Assembly: GCA_043819795.1 (NCBI GenBank)
Contig: JBDREN010000161.1
Span: 1 to 18,974 of the forward strand
Direction: 5' to 3'
DNA length: 18,974 nucleotides
From: Elusimicrobiota bacterium
GTDB taxonomy: Bacteria > Elusimicrobiota > Elusimicrobia > UBA1565
Shown: positions 1-7,203 of the stretch, one piece after another
How the letters are laid out: each line of letters opens with the position of its first letter
How positions within the stretch are numbered: the stretch's first letter is position 1
Translations under genes and position numbers: made by a program
Notes under the pieces: model-generated
Seen by the model: only the letters and a program-made list of their open reading frames with translations
Told to the model about the DNA's origin: nothing
The model's database searches: none

Positions 1-72
1 ATCCGGCAGAGGCCAAACCGTGGGCCGGTAATCGTCCGTCGGCTGATACCACGAAATCCACCAATGGTTCAC
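1..72 (-). CDS. 5' part of a hypothetical Trp-rich protein running off the left edge (MNHWWISWYQPTDDYRPTVWPLPD...), possibly phage-like
   Basis: GTG at 72-70 with GGGAGG (85-80) 7 nt upstream; 24 open codons to the window edge. Not in the ORF track because it is truncated. Confidence 0.5.
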   Translation of the reverse strand, partial: MNHWWISWYQPTDDYRPTVWPLPD

Positions 73-178
73 CTCGGCACCTCCCTCAGCCGCTTCGGGC
101 CCTCCGCACACATCCATCCAAAACACTTACCGCACAATGGCGGCGTTTCCTTGCCCCCCACGAGCGTGGGAGGGGGCG

Positions 179-216
179 GGGGGCGGCTGACGCCGCCCCC
201 GGCCCTTCTTTTTTTT
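179..216 (+). terminator. Intrinsic terminator-like hairpin
   Basis: Stem GGGGGCGG (179-186), loop CTGACG, stem CCGCCCCC (193-200), followed by GGCCCTTC and eight T (209-216). Confidence 0.65.
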
Positions 217-244
217 CCGCTCTTTTCACGGACCGAGAATTAGC

Positions 245-250
245 TAGAAT
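245..250 (+). promoter_or_regulatory. Candidate -10 element for mtnA
   Basis: TAGAAT in an AT-rich patch 41 nt before the ATG; no convincing -35. Confidence 0.35.
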
Positions 251-291
251 ACCCTGGCCGATCATCCCTACGCCATCCCCCGGAAGAATCC

Positions 292-1404
292 ATGACCGCT
301 GAAGCCGACCGTCTCCGAGACAAGGTTTCTCCCATCCGCCGCGACGGCGACGCGATGCTCCTACTCGACCAGCTCGAGCTGCCCCACCTCGTCGTCTACC
401 GCCGATACTCGACGCCCGCGGCCGTGGCGGACGCCATCCGGCGCATGGTCCTGCGCGGCGCCCCGCTGATCGGCTGCGCGGCCGCCTACGGCTACGCCTT
501 CGGCGCCAAGGGAGCCCGCAAACCCTCGGCGGCCGTCCTCAAGCGCCTCGAGACGGGCGCCCGCCTGCTGTTGGCGTCCCGCCCGACCGCCGTGAACCTT
601 TCCTGGGCGGTCGCCCGGATGCGTTCGAAGGCCCGCGCCCTGGCCTCGGAAGGCTCGAAGGACTTCTTCCGGGAGCTGCTCGCCGAGGCCGACCGGATCA
701 CGCGGGAGGATATCGCCGCCAACCGGCGCATGGCGTGGCTCGGCGCCAAGCTCCTGGGCCCCCGCTCGACGGTGATCACCCACTGCAACGCGGGCGCCCT
801 GGCCACCGCCGGCATCGGCACGGCGCTCGGAATGATCCGGGCGGCCCACCTGTGCGGGAAGATCCGCCTCGTCTACGCGCGGGAGACCCGCCCCTACCTG
901 CAAGGCAGCCGGCTCACGCTCTGGGAGCTCATGAGGGAGGGGATCCCGTCGAGCCTGATCACCGACAGCATGGCCGCCCACCTGATGAAGACCGAGAGGA
1001 TCGACGCCGTCATCGTCGGCTCCGACCGCATCGCGGCCAACGCGGATGTCGCCAACAAGATCGGGACCTACGGCCTCGCGATCCTGGCGCGCGAGCACCG
1101 CGTCCCGTTCTACGTCGTGGCCCCGTCGACGACGGTCGATCTGAATATCCCATCCGGAAACGCCATCCCGATCGAGGAGCGCTCGGCCCGCGAGGTCCTC
1201 GAGGTGCGTGGCCGGCGAGCCGGACCCGGGACGCGGGGCAAGGCGGTGTTCTGCGCCGTCAGCATCGCCCCCAAGGGCGCGCTCGCCCGCCATCCCGCGT
1301 TCGACGTGACTCCCCACCGCCTCGTGAGCGCCATCGTGACCGAGAAGGGCGTGGTCCGTCCGGCCGACGGCCTGCGCCTGCGCAGGGTGATGCGCCGTCC
1401 ATGA
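292..1404 (+). CDS. mtnA: S-methyl-5-thioribose-1-phosphate isomerase
   Basis: Motifs LLDQ..LP, MVLRGAPLIG, SRPTAVNL, THCNAGALAT, ETRPYLQGSRLT, GSDRIAANADVANKIGTY, PAFDVTP. Confidence 0.95.
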   Translation: MTAEADRLRDKVSPIRRDGDAMLLLDQLELPHLVVYRRYSTPAAVADAIRRMVLRGAPLIGCAAAYGYAFGAKGARKPSAAVLKRLETGARLLLASRPTAVNLSWAVARMRSKARALASEGSKDFFRELLAEADRITREDIAANRRMAWLGAKLLGPRSTVITHCNAGALATAGIGTALGMIRAAHLCGKIRLVYARETRPYLQGSRLTLWELMREGIPSSLITDSMAAHLMKTERIDAVIVGSDRIAANADVANKIGTYGLAILAREHRVPFYVVAPSTTVDLNIPSGNAIPIEERSAREVLEVRGRRAGPGTRGKAVFCAVSIAPKGALARHPAFDVTPHRLVSAIVTEKGVVRPADGLRLRRVMRRP

Positions 1405-2648
1405 ACGCCGCGAGAAAGAAGCCCGCGGGGAGCCAGCAGACGCTGATGCTGGCCATCCTGGCCGGCGCGGTCATGGGCATCCTCTGCGGCTGGTTCATCG
1501 GCGAGCCCATGGCCTCCTGGGACTGGGTGGGAGAGTTCTTCCTGACATGCCTGAAGATGCTCATCGTCCCCCTGGTCATGGCGTCGATGGTCGTGGGCAT
1601 CGGCAAGCTCGGGGACGTCCGCGACGTGGGCCGCACCGGCCTCTACACGGTGCTCTACTACATGGCGACCACGGCGGTGGCGGTGGTCATCGGCATCGTC
1701 CTGGTCGTCGCCCTGCAGCCGGGGGCCGGGGTGGACATCTTCGGCGCCGAGGTGCCGGAGCGGGTCCGCGGAAAGCAATTCGGCCTCCCGGATTTCTTCC
1801 TGAGCTTCATCTCGCCGAACATCGTCGAGGCGATGTCGGAGATGAAGCTTCTGCCGATCATCATATTCTCCCTGGCGTTCGGCGGCGTCGCCAGCACTCT
1901 CGGCAAAAAGGGGGAGATCATCTTCGCTTTCTTCACGGCCGTCAACGAAGTCATCATGAAAATGGTCGGGCTCATCCTCTGGCTGGCCCCCGTCGGCGTC
2001 TTCGCCCTGATCGCCGCGCGCCTGGGGACCGCCGGGGGCAGCGAGGGCATCCTCAACATCCTGCAGAGCCTCGGCGCCTACACCCTGGTCGTCCTGCTCG
2101 GCCTCGCGACGCACGCGTTCGTCGTCCTGCCGCTGCTGCTCGTCACCCTGGGCGGGCGCCAGCCCCTGCGCTACGCCTTAGGGCTCACCGAGGCGCTCCT
2201 CTCGGCCTTCGCCACCGCCAGCAGCTCGGCGACGATACCGCTAACGCTCAAGTGCCTCAAGGAGAACAACAATATCCGCGAGGAGGCCGCCGATTTCGTC
2301 ATCCCGCTGGGCGCCACGATCAACATGGACGGGACCGCCCTCTACGAGGCTGTCGCCGCGGTCTTCATCGCCCAGGCCTGGGGCATAGACCTGTCGGGGG
2401 GAGCCCTGGTCCTCGTGTGCCTGACCGCCACCTTGGCGTCAATCGGGGCCGCCGGCATACCCCAGGCGGGGCTGGTGACGATGGTCATCGTCCTGCAGGC
2501 CGTCCATCTTCCGCTGGAGGGGATCGGCCTGATCCTGGCGATCGACTGGTTTTTGGACCGCTGCCGGACGACCGTGAACGTCTGGGGCGACTCGGTGGGC
2601 GCGGCCTTCATCGACCGCCGGACGGCCGCGGCGCGCGCCGTTCGCTGA
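1401..2648 (+). CDS. Dicarboxylate/amino acid:cation symporter (DAACS, GltP/GltT-like), 415 aa
   Basis: True start taken as ATG 1401 (ATGA overlap with the mtnA stop). Multiple TM segments; motifs LKMLIVPLV, AFATASSSATIP, PLGATINMDGTALY, ASIGAAGIP, DWFLDRCRTTVNVWGD. Confidence 0.93.
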   Translation: MNAARKKPAGSQQTLMLAILAGAVMGILCGWFIGEPMASWDWVGEFFLTCLKMLIVPLVMASMVVGIGKLGDVRDVGRTGLYTVLYYMATTAVAVVIGIVLVVALQPGAGVDIFGAEVPERVRGKQFGLPDFFLSFISPNIVEAMSEMKLLPIIIFSLAFGGVASTLGKKGEIIFAFFTAVNEVIMKMVGLILWLAPVGVFALIAARLGTAGGSEGILNILQSLGAYTLVVLLGLATHAFVVLPLLLVTLGGRQPLRYALGLTEALLSAFATASSSATIPLTLKCLKENNNIREEAADFVIPLGATINMDGTALYEAVAAVFIAQAWGIDLSGGALVLVCLTATLASIGAAGIPQAGLVTMVIVLQAVHLPLEGIGLILAIDWFLDRCRTTVNVWGDSVGAAFIDRRTAAARAVR

Positions 2649-2704
2649 GGGATCGCGTGGGGGGGGCGTCGCCGCCTCCGGACGTTCTTAAGGGGGAGGA
2701 GTAT

Positions 2705-2872
2705 ATGAGAAGCTTCATGCTGGGGCTGAGCCTGGCCCTCAACGCCGTGCTCGTATGGACGCTGATCCATACCGAAGAGCGGGCCAAGCCCGCCCGGAGG
2801 AAACGGGCCGCCCGCGCGGGGGGCCGGAAGCCCGGCACGCGCCGCTCACGCCGACTCAAGGAGGACCAATAA
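2705..2872 (+). CDS. Small hypothetical protein (55 aa) with an N-terminal hydrophobic helix and an Arg/Lys-rich tail
   Basis: Strong SD (GGAGGAG) just before ATG 2705; MRSFMLGLSLALNAVLVWTLIH...RRLKEDQ; the TAA stop overlaps the cutA ATG (TAATG). Confidence 0.65.
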   Translation: MRSFMLGLSLALNAVLVWTLIHTEERAKPARRKRAARAGGRKPGTRRSRRLKEDQ

Positions 2873-3246
2873 TGGCTTCTGTCTACAGCATCGCCTACCT
2901 CACCGTCCCGGACCGGAAGACCGCCGACGCCCTGGCCGAGGGCATCGTGAAACGGCGCCTGGCCGCCTGCGTAAACATCGTCCCGGGAGTCTCGTCCGTA
3001 TTCTGGTGGGATGACAAGCTGGACCGCTCCGAAGAGCTTCTCCTCGTGGCCAAGACCCGGACCGCGCTCGTGGCCGACCTCACGGAATACGTCCGTCGGA
3101 ACCATCCCTACTCGCTGCCCGAAGTCATCACCGTCGACATCCAGGAAGGCAACCAGTCCTACCTGGACTGGGTCGGCGCGAACACCGTGTTCGGCAAGCC
3201 GGGGAGCCGCGAGGACCTGGACCTCGGCGAGTTGAAGGAGCCTTGA
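2872..3246 (+). CDS. cutA: Divalent-cation tolerance protein CutA, 124 aa
   Basis: ATG 2872 with SD AAGGAGG; motifs RLAACVNIVP, SVFWWDDK, ELLLVAKT, HPYSLPEVI, YLDWV. Confidence 0.93.
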   Translation: MASVYSIAYLTVPDRKTADALAEGIVKRRLAACVNIVPGVSSVFWWDDKLDRSEELLLVAKTRTALVADLTEYVRRNHPYSLPEVITVDIQEGNQSYLDWVGANTVFGKPGSREDLDLGELKEP

Positions 3247-3974
3247 TCCCGGCCGTGAGATCCTTCGACGCGACGGTCAGCCAGATCATCCAGGAGGGCC
3301 GCGACTCCAAGACCTTCCGGCTCGAGCTGCCGGAGGGGGCGTCGTTCGACTTCCGGCCCGGCCAGTTCGTGCGCGTGGCTTTCCCGGAGGAACCGGAGGC
3401 CCGGCGGCCCTACGCGATCGGCTCCTCTCCACTGGAGAAGGGCTTCGTGGAGATCACCCTCGAGCGCCTCGGCCTCGGCAGCCCCACGCGGGACATTTTC
3501 GACCTTCGCGGAGGCGAGACGCTGCGCGTCCACGGCCCTTACGGGGACTGGCAGTACCGCGACGAGGACCGCCACGCGGTCCTGATCAGCTCCGATACCG
3601 GGATCACGCCGCTGCGCTCGATGATCCGCTACGTCCTCGACAAGGGGCTGCCGAACAGGGTCGCGCTGTTCTACGCGGCCCGCACCCCCTCCCGCATCAT
3701 CTTCCGCCGGGAGCTCGAGGACTTCGCCCGCAACGGCATACAGGTGCACGTCACGATCACGGAGCCCGGGGGCATGCTCGCCGACGAGCTCTGGGACGGA
3801 CCGACCGGGCCGATCACGGTCCCGGCGATCCGCATGAGCGTCCCCGGATTCCGCGAGGCGACCTACTACTTGAGCGGGTCGGGCCGGGACATCGAGAAGC
3901 TCCGCGACCGGCTCGCGAAGGCGGGCGTGGCCCGCGAGCGGATCCTCTACGAGAACCACGGGGAGAGACGGTGA
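3243..3974 (+). CDS. FAD-binding oxidoreductase of the ferredoxin-NADP reductase (FNR)-like family, with divergent motifs
   Basis: TTG start overlapping the cutA stop, SD AAGGAG; FRPGQFV, RPYAIGSSP, GPYG, TGITPLRSMI, LFYAART. Confidence 0.85.
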   Translation: MIPAVRSFDATVSQIIQEGRDSKTFRLELPEGASFDFRPGQFVRVAFPEEPEARRPYAIGSSPLEKGFVEITLERLGLGSPTRDIFDLRGGETLRVHGPYGDWQYRDEDRHAVLISSDTGITPLRSMIRYVLDKGLPNRVALFYAARTPSRIIFRRELEDFARNGIQVHVTITEPGGMLADELWDGPTGPITVPAIRMSVPGFREATYYLSGSGRDIEKLRDRLAKAGVARERILYENHGERR

Positions 3975-4543
3975 CCGGGCTCATCCTCGCCTCGCAGTCC
4001 CCTCAGCGCAGGAAGCTCCTGCGGTCTTTGCGCATCCCCTTCCGGATCGTGGCCGCCAACGTCTCGGAAGCCTCGCGGGAGACCCGCCCCGGGCGCCTCG
4101 TGGCCCGCCTCGCGTTGCGCAAGGCCCGTGCCGTCGCGGCCAGACACCCGAAAGCGCTCGTGCTGGGCGCCGATACGATCGTCGCCCACCGCGGCCAGAT
4201 CCTCGCCAAGCCGAAGAGCGAAGACGACAGCGCGCGTATCCTCAACACGCTCAACGGCCGCTGGCACCGCGTCTACACGGGCGTCGCGCTCATCGACGGC
4301 CGGACCAAGAAAGCCTGGAGCGACGTGACCGTCAGCCGGGTCAAGGCCCGCCGCCTGCCGGCGGGTGAGATCGGCCGCTTCGTCGGCAAGCACATGGACA
4401 AGGCCGGCGCCTACGCCGTTCAGGACCGCGGGGACCCCTTCATCGAGCGCATCGAGGGCCCCCTCGACAACGTCATCGGGCTGCCGCTAGACGGCGTCCG
4501 CCGCCTGCTGCGGCGAGCCTCCCGCGCCCGCGCCGCGAAATGA
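3971..4543 (+). CDS. maf: Maf family nucleoside triphosphate pyrophosphatase
   Basis: GTGA overlap with the upstream stop; ILASQSPQRR, GADTIV, ILAKP, HRVYTGV, DKAGAYAVQ, NVIGLPL. Confidence 0.93.
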   Translation: MTGLILASQSPQRRKLLRSLRIPFRIVAANVSEASRETRPGRLVARLALRKARAVAARHPKALVLGADTIVAHRGQILAKPKSEDDSARILNTLNGRWHRVYTGVALIDGRTKKAWSDVTVSRVKARRLPAGEIGRFVGKHMDKAGAYAVQDRGDPFIERIEGPLDNVIGLPLDGVRRLLRRASRARAAK

Positions 4544-5799
4544 CCCGGCTGCAGGCTGTCACTCTGCTCCGCGCCGCGAACGTCCTCCTTTACCTTCTCT
4601 GGCTCGACCGCATCCGGGCCGGCGGGCTTCTCGTCTCGCTGGGCGTCCCCTCGGCCGTCTTCTGCGCGTACGTGGTCGCGAACGTCGCCCTGGCGTGGCT
4701 CCGCCGCGAGATCCGCCCGGCCCACGAGGCGGGGCTCCTCGTCGGGGACCTCGCGCTCCTGACATGGGCGACGGCATGGTGCCACGCCTGGACGGCCGAG
4801 TTCCACCTGGCGTCGCTGATCCCCGTAGTCTTGGCCGTCAACCGCCTGCACCCCGGCGCGGCGGCCGGGATCACCGCGGCCGCGCTGGCCGCCAGCTTCG
4901 GCTTGGCGAGCCGGGCGCCCGGTCCCATCCCTCAGGAGCTCCCGTTCCGGCTCGCTGTCCTCGCGCTGGTGCCTTGGGCTGTGTGGATGTTGGCAGCTCA
5001 GGCGCGGCAGAGCGAGAACGCGGAGGCCGCCCCCCGGAAAGCTCCCCACCGCAGCCTGCTTTTCAACGAGTTCCTCAGCCACATCCTTTTCCAGATGCGC
5101 GAGTACCTGACCTCCATCACGACGGTCAGCGCCCACCTCGAGAGAACGACGGCCGACCCCGGGGGCAAAGGACCGGCCGCGAAGCTGCGGCGCATGATCG
5201 GCGAGCTCAACGAGAAGATCGCGCGGATGTTCGCGACGATCGAGTCCCACACGACGATGCTGCGGCCCGCCACGCGGCCCGAGTTCCAGCTCGAGCCCCT
5301 GCTGCGGGAATGCCTGAAGACAGCCTCCGCCGCCTGCCCCATCCGCTCGGTCAAGACCCGCATCTGGTGCGACCCGCAGATGGGAGCGCTGCAGGGAGAG
5401 CGCGACGCCGTGGCGGCGATCGTTACGGCCGTCCTGGAAAACGCCCTCGAAGCCTTCGCCGAAAGCGGGCGCGGCGCGGCGGGGGGGGGCTCTCTCGCGG
5501 TCTCGGCGCGCCGCCGGGGCGACTACGCGGAGATCGAGATCGTGGACGACGCCGGCGGCATCCCGCCCGCCGACATCATGCGGGCGCTGCAGCCGCTGTT
5601 CACGACGAAATCGGCCCGGGGCGGCCTCGGGCTGGGGCTGCCGATGTCGCTGCGCATGCTGGAGCGCATGGGCGGCTCGCTGCGGCTGCGCAGCGAGGGC
5701 GGCCGGACCCTCGTCCGCCTCGAGATCCCGGTGCGTCCCCTCCTGCCCCAGATCCGCAACGAGGACTCCACCTGGGCCGCGCGCCGCGACCAGTACTAG
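4540..5799 (+). CDS. Membrane sensor histidine kinase-like protein (HATPase_c domain), atypical H-box
   Basis: ATGA overlap with maf; hydrophobic N-terminal ~150 aa; N box VLENALEA, G1 IVDDAGGIP, F box PLFTTK, G2 GGLGLGL. Confidence 0.85.
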   Translation: MTRLQAVTLLRAANVLLYLLWLDRIRAGGLLVSLGVPSAVFCAYVVANVALAWLRREIRPAHEAGLLVGDLALLTWATAWCHAWTAEFHLASLIPVVLAVNRLHPGAAAGITAAALAASFGLASRAPGPIPQELPFRLAVLALVPWAVWMLAAQARQSENAEAAPRKAPHRSLLFNEFLSHILFQMREYLTSITTVSAHLERTTADPGGKGPAAKLRRMIGELNEKIARMFATIESHTTMLRPATRPEFQLEPLLRECLKTASAACPIRSVKTRIWCDPQMGALQGERDAVAAIVTAVLENALEAFAESGRGAAGGGSLAVSARRRGDYAEIEIVDDAGGIPPADIMRALQPLFTTKSARGGLGLGLPMSLRMLERMGGSLRLRSEGGRTLVRLEIPVRPLLPQIRNEDSTWAARRDQY

Positions 5800-5837
5800 C
5801 CCGAATTCCCCAGTTGGATCGCTGTATTCGACGCAAG

Positions 5838-5874
5838 ATGCCGGGCGCTGCGCGCCCGTCCTGGCATGCCTTTT
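5838..5874 (+). terminator. Weak candidate terminator between convergent genes
   Basis: GGGCGC-TGC-GCGCCC (5843-5857) with outer ATGCC/GGCAT pairing and TTTT at 5871-5874. Confidence 0.3.
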
Positions 5875-7049
5875 CAGGGAAGGCTGGCGCCCGCGGAAGA
5901 CGTCCGCTCCTGGATCATCAGCGCCGAGCGGACCGCGGCCTTCCGGATCCTGCCCAGCAGATCGTGCGTGGCGACGTAGCCCAAGTCGGCGACCGCTCCC
6001 CTGCCCCCGATCCGGCCCAGCGCGACGACGGCCTTATACCGGACCAGGTCGCAGGCGCTGCGCGCAGCCTCCCTGAGATCCGAGACCGCCTCCACGACCT
6101 CCATCTCGCCGAGCGCCTCCGCCGCCATGGCGGCGGCTTGCTCCGCGTACGAGGTGTCGAGGGGGCGAAGGCGAAGCACCTCGCGCAGGGCCGCCACGGC
6201 TTCCTGGGAAGGAAAGCCCGGCAGCCTGTCGCGCTCGATGGCGATCAGGAGGCGCAGATTCGGGAGGAACCTCCAGGGGAACCGCGCCCTGCGCACGGAA
6301 AGGGCCAGCGCGCGCACGATCGTCTCATGGAGAGCGCGCCCGCGCTCCCCGGGGGCGGTGGCCCGGCCTTTCAGGGCGCACTCCGCGGCCAGCGAGACAT
6401 GGCCGTTGCGCGAGCGCAGGCAGCCGAGCAGGGTCGGCGCCGACGCCGCATCCGCGTGCTCCCCCATCAGCTGGATCAGCCGGGTCCGGACCGCCGTCTC
6501 CTCGCTCCCGGAGCGGACAAGAACCTCGGTAATCGCGCGCGCGGAGCCCGGGTCCATGCGCCAGAGGACCTCCGCGGCATCCGTCCGCAGGGCCTCCGGC
6601 AGGGCGCCGTCGCGCATGATCTCCGAGAGGAATCCCGTCGAGCGCCGCCGCGGGTCGCAGGCCTCGAATGCCCGCAGGATCATCCGGCGCAGCCTGGTGG
6701 GATTCGGCCGGTTGAAGATCTCCATCAGGTCTTCCGCGAGGTCCTGGCCGCGGCATCCCTCCAATCCGCGGACGGCGGCCTCCTTCTCTTGAGGCCGGGA
6801 CTTCGGCGACTCCAGCCTCCTCAGCAGGGCTTCGGCATCCGCCGGGAGGGGAGGCTCGGGGGGAGAGCTCCGCTCCCTCCCCAGCAAGCGCCAAAATAAA
6901 GCCGCGGGGCCCCAGAGGGGTCGGGACGCGAGCTTGAGTTCAGGGAAGAACGGAGAGAAGAGCACAGCGGCGACGCAGCCTCCGGACACCATGCCGAAGA
7001 TCACCGCGCCATTGCCCTCGAAAAAAACGGCGTAAGGATTCATATCCAT
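5874..7049 (-). CDS. HEAT-repeat (PBS lyase-like) protein with N-terminal membrane anchor, ~391 aa
   Basis: Start chosen at ATG 7049 (alternative 7043) because the longer track ORF overlaps the divergent promoter; hydrophobic segment then repeats such as AAEALGEM, VRYKAVVALGRIG, IRKAAVRSA. Confidence 0.7.
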   Translation of the reverse strand: MDMNPYAVFFEGNGAVIFGMVSGGCVAAVLFSPFFPELKLASRPLWGPAALFWRLLGRERSSPPEPPLPADAEALLRRLESPKSRPQEKEAAVRGLEGCRGQDLAEDLMEIFNRPNPTRLRRMILRAFEACDPRRRSTGFLSEIMRDGALPEALRTDAAEVLWRMDPGSARAITEVLVRSGSEETAVRTRLIQLMGEHADAASAPTLLGCLRSRNGHVSLAAECALKGRATAPGERGRALHETIVRALALSVRRARFPWRFLPNLRLLIAIERDRLPGFPSQEAVAALREVLRLRPLDTSYAEQAAAMAAEALGEMEVVEAVSDLREAARSACDLVRYKAVVALGRIGGRGAVADLGYVATHDLLGRIRKAAVRSALMIQERTSSAGASLP

Positions 7050-7166
7050 GGGCCGGAGACCGGCGCCGCCGTCCGGATAGTATGGACACGGCTGCGTCGA
7101 GCGGGGAGGGTCCAAAGACCCGCCCCGCAATAGGCCGCAAGACCCATGCCGGGCGCATCTTTTCTC

Positions 7167-7195
7167 TTGCCTGGCTCCGGATTCCCGGCTAAGAT
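7167..7195 (+). promoter_or_regulatory. Sigma70-type promoter
   Basis: TTGCCT (7167-7172), 17-nt spacer, TAAGAT (7190-7195); 8 nt separate the -10 from ATG 7204. Confidence 0.65.
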
Positions 7196-7203
7196 ATGAA
7201 CGC

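Noticed and set aside
90..290. SAM-I riboswitch or tRNA upstream of mtnA
   Set aside because: No S-box core motifs and no cloverleaf or T-loop consensus on either strand.
735..1400. N-terminal 222 aa of the 637-aa track ORF
   Set aside because: Alternate frame inside mtnA; the transporter sequence begins at ATG 1401.
2655..2680. G-rich hairpin after the symporter resembling the 163-200 region
   Set aside because: Similarity is mostly G runs, the stem is short and no U tract follows.
3971..4010. Maf SPQRR in place of SPRR as a specificity switch
   Set aside because: Single substitution with other catalytic motifs intact; not enough to claim a new function.
4695..6899. 734-aa + strand ORF and other long Arg/Pro/Gly-rich overlapping ORFs
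   Set aside because: Shadow frames expected in high-GC DNA; no motifs, and they overlap recognisable genes.
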